64,000 bases of DNA, taken from Octopus vulgaris. Taxonomy: Eukaryota. The position numbers and the translations under genes are program-made. How positions within the stretch are numbered: the stretch's first letter is position 1; every line of letters starts with the position of its first letter. This document shows, one piece after another, positions 13,059-26,810 of the stretch. Location of the stretch: assembly GCA_951406725.2 (NCBI GenBank), contig OX597816.1, positions 16,430,001 through 16,494,000 of the forward strand. Reading direction: 5' to 3'. The notes under the pieces are model-generated. The model searched no databases. It was not told the origin of the DNA and saw only the letters and a program-made list of their open reading frames with translations.

Positions 13059-13469
13059 AAGTGTTGTCTTAAGTAGAGCAAATCACAGCTCACAATCACT
13101 TGTCATTACTTCAGTGGGGCCCAGTGAAGATCCTTTTACATCACTTCATCTCATGTCTTCCTAGGTCAACCCCTTCTACTGGCTCCCTCCACAATCAGAG
13201 CTCATGGCCACAGAGGGATTCGAACTGAGAACAATAAGGTATTATACTAAAAACTAGAAGCCAGTTAATCTACAACTTCACAGTCTGAAATACTGCACTA
13301 GTAACCTTGTCTGCAAGAGGTTGGAGGATGAGGTTAGGCAATTACATCAACTCTAGTGCTCTGTTGGTACTTATTTCATTGACACCCACCCCCAAAGGAT
13401 GAAAGACAAAGTCGACCTCGTTGGCATTTGCACACAGAATATAAAGAGCCAGAAGAAATTAAATACAAC

Positions 13470-13599
<130 letters not shown>

Positions 13600-13854
13600 T
13601 AATGAATTTCTTGGTGTCTATTTACTTAATGTAGAGATTCAGTTTTGCACTCAACTCTGGAAAGAAAAATAATTTTATTAGCATCAAGTTGTTATTCAGT
13701 GGAAAACTTCTACAGTGCATTCTCATATTTCAGACAATTAATTCAGGATAACAAAATAAAACAGGCTATATATATATATATACATATATATACATACATA
13801 CATGCATGTATATACATATATATCTATACGTTCATATACACAGATTTACATTCA

Positions 13855-13889
<35 letters not shown>

Positions 13890-14252
13890 GTGTATATACA
13901 CACACTCACACATGATTGCTGATTGTTGAATGAATGAAAAAGGAGTGCTCAATACATGTTGTAGAGGATATAGTTTTTTGTATTGAGACCGAACCTGAGA
14001 ATTCGTTTCATGTTGTACTGTGTGAATCTGGAGTAACGAAACAAACTCTTGGCTTCAGTATCAATAAAGAAGCTATTATATATATATATATATATATACA
14101 TTTATATATATATGTGTGTAGGTGTGTGTGAGTATGCATGGAGATATATATATACATACATGTGTGTATGTGTGTATATGTATAGACATATATATATACA
14201 TACATAATACATGTGTGTGGGTATATATATATAGACACACACATATATATAT

Positions 14253-14308
<56 letters not shown>

Positions 14309-14311
14309 GAG

Positions 14312-14691
14312 TTACCAGGGCTGGTGGCATGTAAGAGAACCATCTGTTCATGACCATTGCCAGCGCCGCCCCGACTGGCCTCGTGCAGGTGGCACGTAAA
14401 AAGCACCATCCGTTCGTGTCCGTTGCCAGCCTCGCCTGGCTCCCGTGCCGGTGGCACATAAAAAGCACCATCCATTCGTGGCTGTTTGCCAGCTCTGTCT
14501 GGCACCTGTGCGGGTGGCACGTAAAAAGCACCCACTACACTCACGGAGTGGTTGGCGTTAGGAAGGGCATCCAGCCGTAGAAACACTGCCAGATCTGACT
14601 GGGCCTGATGAAGCCTTCCGGCTTCCCAGACCCCAGTTGAACCGTCCAACCCATGCTAGCATGGAAAACGGACGCTAAATGATGATGATGA

Positions 14692-14693
<2 letters not shown>
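14312..14693 (+). mobile_element. SINE-like family C copy
   Basis: Repeated gtggcacgtaaaaagcacc modules, then ...ccaacccatgctagcatggaaaacggacgctaaat(gat)n. Confidence 0.75.
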
Positions 14694-14726
<33 letters not shown>

Positions 14727-15488
14727 CACACACATATGAAAATACACTTTTGAGAAGAAAAGTTTCTTATACTTTTTATTTGCGACAAGTATTTTCTGTC
14801 AGACTTTCAATTAATAGTTAGCAGACGTATAACAATTATTATTTTTTTTTCTTTGTAACTCCCTCAGTTTTCACAATAAGCAGTTCAATAAATAAAAATC
14901 AGTACCTCCTCCCCTGCCAACCACAAACACACACACACACACACACAAACACACACAAACACACATACACAAACACACCTATATATAATAATATATTAAT
15001 GAATAAGTAAACTAGCTTTCCTGGAGCTATTAACAAAACTTTGTTCCCAGACTTGAATCAACAGTCTGAAATTATATTTTATTTTATTTCTTTTTTCCAC
15101 TCTGTATTTGTTGCTGTGTATGAGATGACATTTCAAAAACAAGAGTTTTTGAAAAGTGAATTAATAGTCTACGATGTTTTATTAATTGATTTCTCATAAC
15201 ATTTCAGATTTGGTGGTTGGTGTGGGTGACTGTGGGGGGTGGGTATGTGTCTTCGTGTACCCAGCTACCTTCTCCATAAGGTGTGATGTAAATATATAAA
15301 CGCAGTAGGTGGCAAATTGGCAGTCTCGTTGGAAATGGTGGATACAATAATAATAATAATAATAACAACAACGATAATAATGCCTTGCGGTATTTATTCT
15401 GGATTTCTCTGTGTTCTGTGTTCAAATCCTGCTGAGGTTAATTATTTTGTAAACTAAGTGATTAAGTATGGTGTATACTACTTCAGTA

Positions 15489-15682
15489 ACTACTACTATT
15501 ACTACCACAACTACTACTACCACCACTACCACAACTACTACTACCACCACCACCACCACCACTACAACTACTACTACCACCACCACCACTACTACCACCA
15601 CCACCACCACCACCACTACTACCACCACCACCACCATCACTACTACTACCTCTACTACCACCACCACCACCACCACTACTAC
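15489..15682 (+). repeat. (ACT/ACC)n microsatellite
   Basis: Read directly; explains the poly-T/H/V/G ORFs. Confidence 0.95.
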
Positions 15683-15837
15683 TTGCTTGCTTTCTCCCTA
15701 GAATTTCACTGTTGTTACACTCAAGGAGTGATGGTCTCTGTTGGGTTGAAACTGCCCAAGACATGCCATACCTTATAACACTACCTTATAAATATCAAGA
15801 GTTGTCAGCCATATTATGGTAAGATATATAATATTAA

Positions 15838-16415
15838 TTTCAAATTTTGGTACAAGGCCAGCAATTTTTGGGGTGGGATTATGTCAGTTGCATCGGCCCC
15901 AGTACTCAACTGGTAATTATTTTATCAGCCTCCAAAAGGATGAAAGGCAAAGTCAACCATGGCAGAATTTGAACTCAGAACGTGAAGACAGACAAAATGC
16001 TTAGCATGTTAACGATTCTGTCAGCTTGTGCCTCTAGTCTAGGCACAAGGCCCGAAATTTTTGGGGAGGGTGGGCGTTGGCATTCGATAAGATTGACCCC
16101 AGTATGCAACTGATACTCAATTTATCGACCCCGAAAAGATGAAAGTCAAAGTCGACTTTGGTGGAATTTGAACTCAGAACGTAAAAACAGATGAAATACC
16201 GCTAAGCATTTCACCTGGCGTGCTAACGTTTCTGCCTGAAAATGCTATATTCTTTTCTACTCTAGGCACAAGACCTGAAATTTTTGGGGCGGGTGCCAGT
16301 CAAATAGATCAACCCCAGTACGCAACTGGTACTTTATCGACCCCAAAAGGATGAAAGGCAAAGTCAACCTTGGTGCAATTTGAACTCAGAACATAAAAAC
16401 AGACGAAATACCACT
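15838..16415 (-). mobile_element. Three tandem copies of SINE family B
   Basis: Repeated ggcacaaggcc...gaccccagta...gatgaaaggcaaagtcaacc...gaatttgaactcagaac units; reverse of the 44379-44627 copy. Confidence 0.75.
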
Positions 16416-17288
16416 AATGTTAAGGTGATTCTCTGCTTATTTATATTTTTCCAAATTGTGACCCAAGGCCAGCAAATTATTTTGTTGGGGCAGTGGTAAG
16501 TCGTTTATATCACCCCAACCCCAATGTGCAACAGGTACTTTGTTTTATTGACTTTGAGAGAATGAAATGCAAAATCAATCTCAAAAGGATTTGAACTCAG
16601 AGCATCAAGAGAGCTGGAAGAAATGCCTCTAAGGATTTCTTCTCATGTGCCAAAAAATCCTGCTAGCTCCCTGTCTTAACCTTTTAGCATTCAGGTTAAT
16701 TTGTTAATGGTTTTTAATGGTTTTTAATCAATCATGCATTATCTCACAACTTCAAGATTTTGATAATGAGTTTACCCTTTTACTTGTTTCAGTCATTTGA
16801 CTGCGGCCATGCTGGAGCACCGCCTTTAGTCGAGCAAATCAGCCCCAGAACCTATTCTTTGCAAGCCTTGTACTTATTATATCAGTCTCTTTTGCCAAAC
16901 CGCTAAGTTATGGGGATGTAAACACACCAGCATCAGTTGTCAAGCGATGCTGGAGGGGACAAACTCACACACACATATATACATATACATACATACGATG
17001 GGCTTCTTTCAGTTTCCATCTACCAAATCCACTCACAAGGTTTTGGTCGGCCCGAGGCTATAGTAGAAGACACTTGCTCAAGGTGTCATGCAGTGGGACT
17101 GAACCCGGAACCATGTGGTTGGTAAGCAAGCTACTTATCACACAGCAACTCCTGAATGACATTATAGGTTGTGTGAGAGGTCAAATCTGGCTGGTTTGAT
17201 TATATAACAGGTAGAATATTAGGGCTGGTATGGCTGATTTAACTGCTAAAGGGTTAAAGAATAAAAAATAATTCAAGGTACCTATATA

Positions 17289-18262
17289 TTGGGTCATCAC
17301 ATAAGGTTTTATACTTTTATTTTTCAAAATTAAGATGAAGTTCTTTTTTAATCTAAAATACACTCTCCTTCATTTTATACAATGCTCTTTCATCTATCTG
17401 AGAGACTTGGAAGGCCCCTTCTTCCAAAATTCACTTGTCCGTGATGAAAAATAATTTTTCCAATACTGTTCTGACCTTGTCTACAGAATTCATATTTTTT
17501 CCGTTCAAATTATTTTGAAGACTGCAGAATAAATGATAATCTGATGAGGCAATATCCGGCGAATATTGTGGCTGGGGAATTGTTTTTCATTCATTGAAAC
17601 CAAAGCTGGTCATGTTCTGATGACATGCAGGTGTCAATGAATAGTTGAATGACCAACTCCAAGCTTCTCTGCAAGTTACAATGGGATTTTGTTCCGCCAG
17701 GATTTATAGGATGTCCTTGTTGAGCTCTACAGATTTTCCAAGATGTGGCATGTCTTCTAAGTTGTAGTTTCCGGCACAGAATTTCTGGAACCACCATTGA
17801 CATTGGCTTACACTTATTGTCTGATCCCTATATACTTCTTTAATATTCCTTGCACTTTCTATTGCAAAATACGCCAAATATGCTCCTTTGTCACTTCTGT
17901 TATAGCTTTGGAAAAATAAGAAAGAAGACATGCACCCAACACCAGAGCTGAAGACACCTTCGAAAGGGGAGCCCCCGCCATGTCAAAACGGTAGAGGAGT
18001 AGGGGCCGAAACTGGACATGGTTCCTCCTGATGATCTCTTGAGCTAACTGGATCCTATAAAGGAGCTGTTGTGGTAGCAGACCATGAAACATGGTTGAAA
18101 TTCTTCAGATTGACCTGCACTCTTCAAAACTTGCACTAAGAGTAAGGACAAAGTAAAATTACTACCTACTTTTATAGCAAGTTGATGCAGGTAGTTTATC
18201 CCATCCCCCTCGTGCTTTTAATTCATACAATTGAAGAAAACTGCATTTATAGGATGACCCAA
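17289..18262 (-). mobile_element. Decayed, internally deleted mariner element with a foreign GC-rich insert
   Basis: TA-flanked TIRs ttgggtcatc...gatgacccaa. Remnants include EVTKEHIWRIL, ESARNIKEVYRDQTISVSQCQWWFQKF and a ccggatattgcctcatcagattat (PDIASSDY) motif. Confidence 0.8.
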
Positions 18263-18755
18263 TATTATTTAAGTAAACAACAATTTTCAGCTAGTTGACA
18301 CCTACTTCTTCAGAACCCTCTCAGCATCGCACAGAGTTCACTTTACCAGTACACTGAGAGCTCATTACTTCCTTACACCCACCACAGGCAAATTATCTTT
18401 TCACAGTCAGTCTATATTTGGTTCTACTACACTTATACACTCATAGATGAAACTAGACAACTGACTAAATATATTGACTGGGAAAAATATTCTGGCTGTC
18501 TCAAGGTATTTCTCTGATGTCAGATTTTTCCAACTGTTGCAACGTTGAATGGTGAACACTAGAAGGGATATAAGCAGTAAAATAAAAATTAGTCTTACCA
18601 ATAAACCAATGTCCTTTCTACTGAAGCCAACTTATTAAAAGAAGACTGAAAACAATACAGCTTCAAATTATATACATATATATATATGGTCAGACATCAA
18701 AGAGGCTGGCTTTGGCCGATGTTCTTTTTATTGTTTTTACTTTATATATGTATAT

Positions 18756-18793
<38 letters not shown>

Positions 18794-18919
18794 GGCAAAT
18801 ATATATGCATATATCTATACATACATGCATACATACATATATGTATATCTATATATACATACATATATCTACATATATGTATATCTACATATACATATAT
18901 ACATCTATATATACAAACA

Positions 18920-18953
<34 letters not shown>

Positions 18954-19044
18954 GGCTAAACTGGCAAAATGACCATTCCTAAATACAATACACACACACA
19001 CACTCACTCACTGTCTCACACACACACACACACACACATATATA

Positions 19045-20306
19045 CGGGGTGCAGTGAATGAATTGTCATCTAAATTATACAAAAATGAAAATAACATTGA
19101 CATCTCATTTTCACAGATATATTTACCAAAATTACATAAAAATATCTTGAAATACTAAAGAGTAAATTTATTCAATAAAATCGCCATTAGCTTCAACAAT
19201 GGCCGCCAGACAACTTTGGAATCTCCTGCAACTCTTCTGGATGGTCTTCTTGTTTAAGTTGGCTAATGCTGCCATAATCCTTGCCTTCAGTTCATCTTTG
19301 GTGTTTCAAGGTATTTTGTTGGTCTTTCAATCAACTGCACCCCACATATAATAATCAAAGGGGTTGCAGTCTGGGGATTTAGAGGTGAAGTAGTCACAGA
19401 AATTGTCTGACGGCCAAGATTGAGTTCTCCTGCTTGTGTGGCATGGTACAGAGTCCTGTTGCCATACATAGGGTCTTCCAGCAGCCACCCTCTTGACCCA
19501 GGGCAGCACTACCTCCTTCAGGCACTTGATTTAGGCCTCTGTGTTGAGTCTCAGATTGTGTAGGAAGATGAGTGGAGGCATATCATCATCATCACTAGTG
19601 ATCACTCCCAACACCATGATGTTGACTGGATGTTTGATTTTTATCACTCTCAGTACATGTTTTGGGGACATGGAAAGCCAATGTTCTGTGTGTTCACCAT
19701 CTTATCCTGGCAGAAATTTTTCTTGTCTGAGAAAAACCAAAGCATGTTCAGTTGGAGGGGATGCTTGAGTTTGTTCAAATGCTTCGTAGTGTGGTCTTTC
19801 CTCTTGTCCTTGATGGCTTGGGATAAAAATTGGCCCTTTCTTATCTTGTATGAGGAATACCAAATGTCTTCATCCACTACCTGCTTGATATAAGAAACTC
19901 AGACACTCCCATGTCACTGGTTATAGACCTCATTGACATGGAGGGATCGTTGTCAATCATGGCCTGGATCTCACCAACAAATTCAGGAGTTCTTTTCTTA
20001 CCAGAATGATCAGTCAGTTTTCCAACCTGCTATAACTTTGTAATTACCATTTCTGAATCCTTTGCTTTGTACAACTCTTTCCAAATCCTCTTTCTGAATC
20101 CTCTGCACTATCCTCAGATTGACATCCAAACACTCTGAAATGTTTCCAAATTTCTGGCAGAGTAAATTGCATCATGGTGCTATTTTTCTCAGAGATGGTG
20201 CCCAACTGACCCTACTATACTGTGTAGCTGACAAAATCAAAACCAAGCAATGTGTGTGCATGAAATTAAAAAAATAAAATGGCAACAATTTACCCATTGC
20301 ACCCTG
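19045..20306 (-). mobile_element. Decayed Tc1/mariner element, DD37D (maT)-like
   Basis: TA-flanked TIRs cggggtgcagtgaatgaattgt / acaatttacccattgcaccctg. Fragments WFFSDKKNFCQD, PYVWQQDSVPCHTS and SPDCNPFDYYMWG, with multiple frameshifts. The subfamily call rests on motif style, not an intact spacing count. Confidence 0.8.
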
Positions 20307-21023
20307 TATATTCATGCATGTATGTATGTATATATACTGGGAAAAGGTGGTGAGTATTCAGGAAATCCAGATAAACACCTGAGTTAGCACTCTATATGAA
20401 ATCTAGGTTAACAGATAAAGAGAGGAAACAAAAAAAAAACCATCTAGTGGATCCAAAATATTCCACAAAAACTCCAGAAAGCATTTATCTGTTGTAGTGT
20501 ATAAAATAAAGCAAACAAAAGATTAAAGAAATAGGCATTGCATTTATTAATCATTTATGATTGTTCCAATAACCAGTGGGATTATTATATCAATCACCAT
20601 GATAGATCATATAAAGTACATCTGGATTATCTAAGTTATGATATAATGGATTAGGATTTTCTTTTGATATTACATAGATTTAAGGCAATGAGCTGGACAA
20701 AATGGTTAGTGGCATTTTGCCCATCTTTATGTTCTGAATTTAATTTTCACGAAAGTTGCTTTGTTTCTATCCTTTTGGGGTCGATAAAATAAGTTCCAGT
20801 TGAACACTAGGGTCAATGTAATCCCTGAAATTGCAGGTGCTGTTCCAAAATGTGAAATTAACATTACATGGACACATATAAACCATATATATACTGAGCG
20901 CCATACTAATACAATTGTTTGTTTGTATTCCACCTGCCTTCGTCTTTTGTTTATTTCCGTAAACCTGCCTTCGTCTTTTGTCTATTTTCATAAAGCTTCC
21001 CGTTATATATATATTTATATAAT

Positions 21024-21196
21024 ATTTTAACATGTATAAGGAACCCTTTCTTGTGAAAAATTAGGTTAAAAACATATGGGAGTTTCTTGCACATGGGTAG
21101 TATTATAATCCCTTACAAAACCTTTTTTTCCAAATTTTAAGTCCCCAAAATTAGGAGGTTCCTTATACACAACAATTCCTTATGCACGTTAAAATA
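21024..21196. mobile_element. Short MITE (pogo/Tc1-type termini)
   Basis: attttaacatgtataaggaa ... ttccttatgcacgttaaaat inverted ends plus an internal tgtataaggaacc / ggttccttataca pair. Confidence 0.55.
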
Positions 21197-21274
21197 GTGT
21201 ATATATATGATCCAGCACGTTGATATAACAATCCCACTAGTTTTGATTTATTATATTTTATATATATATATAAT

Positions 21275-22110
21275 CATCATCATCATCAATTTTATGTCCT
21301 TCTGTCCATGCCAGCATGGGTTTGATGAGTTGCAAAACACATCATCCCACTACATGTAGAGCTCCTTTGCTATCTCTTGAGTGAAATTCAGCTTCCTGAG
21401 ATCAGCCTTCACCTCCTCTGCCTATATCTACCTTGGTCTTCCTCTTCATTGGTTCCTTCTACATGAATCTTCTTGCACATCTTCACCTGCTGCCTGTCAT
21501 CTTCTACTGATTTACATGTCCATACGACTGAGGTTTCACTTCTGCATATTACCCCTTAATCATCTTCTACCCATTTTCCCCTCCCAACCAATCTATACCT
21601 TGTCATTCATACACATTCACACTGCACGTCTAGTGGATCATGCTTGGTTTGTGTTTTTCCACATCTTTGTACATCTCCTGCCTCCAGTACCCACATATCA
21701 CTACCATGCCATACTGAAGTTCATACACACACCTCATACAATCTACCCTTGTTGTATGAGCTATGTCTATGAATATCCCCTTATTTTCAACAGAGGTAAT
21801 ATCTCTGAACTCTTCCCATTCTATTCTAATTTTTGCCACAATACTTTCAATACACCCTCCACCACATCTGATTGGGTTACCTAGGTAGCAGAAGCTATAA
21901 ATTACTTCTGTAGAGCCCTGAGCCCTCTGAACATCATAAGGGTACATTTACTGGTTTACTGTAGGCTCATTACTCCAGTACAGGGAAAGTCTCTCTCCAC
22001 AGTCAACCTGCCTTTCATTCCATTTCACTTCTGTGCACGCATACATCACATAAGGTACTCTGTATGGAATTTCTACTGTACACCTTTTCTCATATTGCAT
22101 ATGGCCATTT
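21275..22110 (-). pseudogene. RTE-type LINE 3' fragment (RT thumb region)
   Basis: SFCYLGNPIRCGGGCIESIVAKIRIEWEEFRDI in ORF 21630..21947; ends in a (GAT)n tail on the minus strand. Confidence 0.65.
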
Positions 22111-22304
22111 TCTTATACACACATCTATGTGTCTGTCTGACTATTCCTCTGTCTGTTCATCTAAGTATGAGGGCTTCTTTCAGTTTCTGCCTGCTTTGGC
22201 TAGCACAGGACTATAGTTGAGAACATTTGCATAAGATGCCATGTAGAAACTGAACCTGAAAGCATGTGGTTGGGAAGGAAGCTTCTTCAACACACAACCA
22301 TGTC

Positions 22305-22678
22305 TACATACATACATGCACACATCCATAGCCACACATACATACATCCATAGCCACACATGCATACATACACACATATATACATACATACATAGCCATA
22401 CATACATAGCCATACATACATACATACATACACAGTCATACATAGTCATACATACATACATAGCCATACATACATACATAGCCATACATACATAGCCACA
22501 CATACACAGCCATACATACATACACAGCCATACATACATACACAGCTATACATACATATATACATAGCCATACATACATAGCTGTACATACATACATTCA
22601 TACACAGCTATACAAACATACATACACAGCCATACATACATACATACACAGCCACACATACATACATACATAGCCACT
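22305..22678 (+). repeat. (ACAT)n-derived repeat punctuated by AGCC
   Basis: Read directly. Confidence 0.9.
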
Positions 22679-22680
22679 CA

Positions 22681-23310
22681 TAATAAAAAGGAGTACTGAT
22701 GGAATGTCCCAGTGAGAATCTCAATAAAATGCAAGCACAAAAGACCTGATATAATGATTTGGGATAGAGAAGAGAAACTGTGTACAGATGTGGAAATCAG
22801 CTGCCCAGTGGATGTTAACATAAAGCTGAAGATCAGTGGAAATGAGAATACCTACGCTGAGCTATTGAGAAATCTGCAGTTACTCTATCCAGATTACGAA
22901 TTCAGGTTTATACCTGTAATTAATGGGGCCCTGAGATATATAATACACTGCCTAAATATCAATTCTGAGAAATTAGGCTTCTTAAAACCAGAAAGGAGAA
23001 AGCTAATTCGAAGGCTACAGATCCAATCCATCGTTGGAACTGTAAAAATCTGTAAAACTTTCCAGAAGTTTATCATTTAAATATATATGAACATGTCTAG
23101 ATATGCAACTATATGCATGAGAATATATACATAAAACATAGAAATATGCACATATACATGCATAGATACATATGTACATACATACAAACAAAAATACCCT
23201 GTTGTTGATGTTGAAATTTCAATGAAGGAGCCTTGGATGTTGGTTAGAAATTGGCTCTTTCTCTATCGGCAAGAAATCTTGAAATAAAACTGAATAATGA
23301 CATAAATACA
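22681..23310 (+). pseudogene. RLE-type LINE (R4/Dong/NeSL-like) 3' end: restriction-like endonuclease and 3'UTR
   Basis: ORF 22712..23080 CKHKRPDIMIWDREEKLCTDVEISCPVD...FIPVINGAL (RPD...E motif). A homologous decayed copy lies at 57065-57520. Confidence 0.75.
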
Positions 23311-23536
23311 TGATCCAAGGATAAAGGTGTAGAATGTTAGTGAGCTTCAAGCAATCTATAGATATAAAAAACATCTTTCAAGAACAATAGTTTTTTATTG
23401 GCATACAAGGTTGCGAATTTTTCCTGTATTGAAGTACAATAAACTGAAAAAAAATTAATTTTATGGTTCACAGCTAGCAACAGGGGTTGTTTTAGATGTG
23501 AATAAACATTAAAAATTAAGGAAATGGAGTTGATAA

Positions 23537-23632
23537 ATCCAGGCTACATGTGTTTCATAGCTAACAGAACCCCAGAATTAGTAAATTATCCAGACGAGGG
23601 GTTGACCGCAAGGTACTCTTCAGGCCAAGGAT
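23537..23632 (-). ncRNA. Candidate type-I hammerhead ribozyme with intact core
   Basis: Minus strand: atccttggc-CTGAAGA-gta..(long insert)..tat-GAAA-cacat-GTA-gcctggat. Helix I is ggc/gcc extended by atcc/ggat; cleavage triplet GUA. Confidence 0.55.
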
Positions 23633-25638
23633 ACCTTCATTATATAAAACTTACATTGTCGTTGGAAGATTCCATGTTAACCCGTTGGAGATCTAATTGA
23701 ATCGAATTGGGATTTGATTGAATCAGATTTCCACTGGCTTGAGGAAAGGCCCTCATTAGGGACTTTGAAATTTTAAGTAATACAGAAATCCTAATCACAC
23801 TGTTTTGAACTATATATATATATATATATATATATCATCATCATCATCGTTTAACGTCTGCTTTCCATGCTAGCATGGGTTGGACGATTTGACTGAGGAC
23901 TGGTGAACCAGATGGCTGCACCAGGCTCCAATCTTGATCTAGCAGTTTCTAAAGCTGGATACCCTTCCTAATGTCAACCACTCCAAGAGTGTACTGGGTG
24001 CTTTTACATTTCACTGGCACGAGGGCCAGTCAGGCGGTACTGACAATGGTCATAGAAAATCGTGTTTTAATTCAATGTCACCGGCACGAGTGCCAGTAAG
24101 GCGATGCTGGTAATGATCGTGCTTGAATGGTGCTTTTTATGTGCCACCGGCACGAACGCTAGTTAGCTGCTCTGGCAGTGATCATGCTCAGATGGTGCTC
24201 TTAGTGCTCCACTAGCATGGATGCCAGTCATCAAATTTGATTTCAATTCCGATTTCACTTGCCTCAACAGGTCTTCGCAAGCAGTGTCCAATGAAAGGAA
24301 GGTACGCATAAGTGGGCTGGTTACACCCCTGGCTTAGGCATATATATATTATCATCATTCTCATCATCATGTCTACTTTTCCATGCTCACATGATGGGCC
24401 AAATGAAATCTGTTGAGGCCAATTTCCTATGGCTGGATACTCTTCCTGTTGCCAACACTCACCTTTTTCTAAGTCATATTTTTCCATGACAAAACATATT
24501 TTCATGGAAAAGTGGAAACAAAGGACACAGCTTGCATGATGATGACACGTGCTTACAACTATCATGCCTGAGGCTTGAGCAGAAGACACTTGCCCAAGGT
24601 TCCACGCAGTGGGACTGAACCTAGAACCATATGGTAGGGAAGAAAGCTTCTTAGCACACAGCCATGCCTGCACCTGTATGCATATAGTAACATGCATACA
24701 TGCACACACATACATTAATGTACATATGTCCCACCACACACCTATATAATGAGCATCTTTCAGTTTCCATCTGCCAAATGCACTCAGAGCTTTGGTTGAC
24801 TTGGGGATGTAGCAGGTGACACTTCTCCAAAGTGTCGTGCAATGAGACTCACCTCAAAACTATATAGTTGTAAGGAATTAAAATTGTTAGTTTTCTAGTG
24901 ATTTAAATCACTATTTCTCACAGTAACTGAAAGACAAAGGGTGCATTTTTTTCCAGTGGAAAAACAGTCATCTCTAAAACTCAATTATTTTCCTGTTTAC
25001 TGAAGAAAACAATAAAATATTTTCACATCTGCTACCCTGACAACAAAAGGCTTTCAAATAAGAAAAAAAACAATAGATTTATCCGCATGTAATCACGTTT
25101 GAAAGAAAAAAAGATTTCCTGAAATTAAAAATTAGCAATTAAAAAAGATAAAATACCCTTTACAAGAAACTGATTAACACAGATCTGGAAGGAAAGATTT
25201 TCTGTAAGCACTGCCATTGTTTTTCAGCTCTTCAAACATGTTTACTCTTACTCTTTACTTGTTTCAGTCATTTGACTGTGGCCATGCTGGAGCACCCGCT
25301 TCAGTCAAACAAATCGACCTCCAAGACTTATACTTTGTAAGCCTAGTGCTTATTCTATTGGTTCTTTTTGCCGAACCTCTAAGTTACAGGGACGTAAACA
25401 CACCAGCATCGGTTGTCAAGCGATGTTGGGGGGGACCAACACAGACACACAAACATATACACACACATACACATATATACACTTGCGTCGGAAATTAATT
25501 AGCACTTCTCAAATTTCTACATTTTCTTACATTTTCTTAATTTAATTAACTTATTATCAGAAACACTCGTTTTTAATCAAAAATTTATTAAAACATATCC
25601 CAGCACACCACATAATTGTTATTAATCGTGAAATTTAG

Positions 25639-26636
25639 TCAATATCTTGTTGCTCCTCCTTTGGCAGCAATGACACCTGCTATGCGGGTCGGCATGCTGT
25701 CTATGAGTGCCTGCAGGTACTGTGCAGGGATGGCCATCCATGCAGCAAGAAGTGCCCCAAACAGCTCGTGTCGGTTCCTGTATTGCTGCACATTCAAATC
25801 CCTACCCAATCGACTCCAGAGGTTCTCGATAGGGTTCAGGTCAGGTGACTGGCCAGGCCAGTCCATGACTGTCACTCCATGGTCCTTGAAGAAACCGGTT
25901 GTGAGCTTGGCTGTGTGGGAAGGCGCGTTGTCCTGCTGGAGCATGTACTCCTCGCCACCAAAGAGGTATCCCGTACTATCTCAATGTACTTTGCTGCGTT
26001 GATGTTGCCTTCGACGGCATAGAGCCGCCCAACACCACTGTAGCTGAACGCCCCTCACACCATCAGACCACCCCCACCATGCTTCATGGTGGGAGCAGTG
26101 CAGTCTTTGTTGAAGCGCTCACCCCTGCAGCGTCGCACATGGACAGTCTTGTCACTGACGAGACTGAATCGCGACTCGTCAGTGAACATCACTGTCCGCC
26201 ACTGCTGCACGGTCCATATCTTGTGGGCACGGGCCCAGAGCAGCCACCTCTTCCGGTTTTGGGCTGTAAGGAGTGGCTTACAGGCGGCCCTACAGGATTT
26301 TAGACCAGCTTCCAGTAATCTGGTCTTGACGGTGGTTGTAGACAACTGCTTCCCTGTCATCTTTTGCATCTCCTCTGCCAGTTGCCGGCTCGTTGCCCTT
26401 CTGTTGTACAGTGACTTTCGGATCAGCATCCGGTCCTCCCGCTGGGTCGTCAGCCTCTTCCGTCCCCTACCTTTTTTGTCAGCTGCTGATCCGGTTTCCT
26501 CGTATTTCTTAAATAAGCACTGAATTGTGCGCCTGGCTACACCAAGTTTTCTGGCTATTGCAGCCTTCGACAGCTTCCCACGCCACGAGAGAGCCTCGTA
26601 CCGTCTCTCCAAGGTCATGCGAGGTCTTGGGCCCAT
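25639..26636 (-). pseudogene. Tc1 transposase, disrupted
   Basis: Paired-like HTH with GRKR motif, FTDESRF, QQDNAPSH and SPDLNPIEN, with 34 residues between the second D and E. Trp-to-TGA at 26055-57 (GLMV*GAF) and a frameshift near 25965. Confidence 0.9.
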
Positions 26637-26795
26637 CTAGGAATGAACGATAAAAACCAGTTATTTTCATTAAAACTATTCATTTGAATAATGTTATGCT
26701 ATAACAAAACTGCTATGAGTTATTATTCATGAAACTAAAAAGAAAGAAAGCAGAATTTCTCACCTTATTTGATGTATAACAGAATGTTTTGTGAA

Positions 26796-26810
26796 CCGGA
26801 AGTGACGTCA
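26796..26810. promoter_or_regulatory. ETS-CRE composite motif CCGGAAGTGACGTCA upstream of the transposase
   Basis: Exact overlapping ETS (CCGGAAGT) and CRE (TGACGTCA) sites in the 5' region of the Tc1 element. Confidence 0.6.

Noticed and set aside
14008-14649. 213-aa ORF and similar ORFs containing [24 protein letters not shown] or FSFRLPNPLTRLW
   Set aside because: Translations of SINE families A and C that recur at many loci; not host genes.
15422-15778. Poly-His/Thr/Gly/Val ORFs (also 13399-13634, 10773-11051, 49933-50163)
   Set aside because: Trinucleotide microsatellites.
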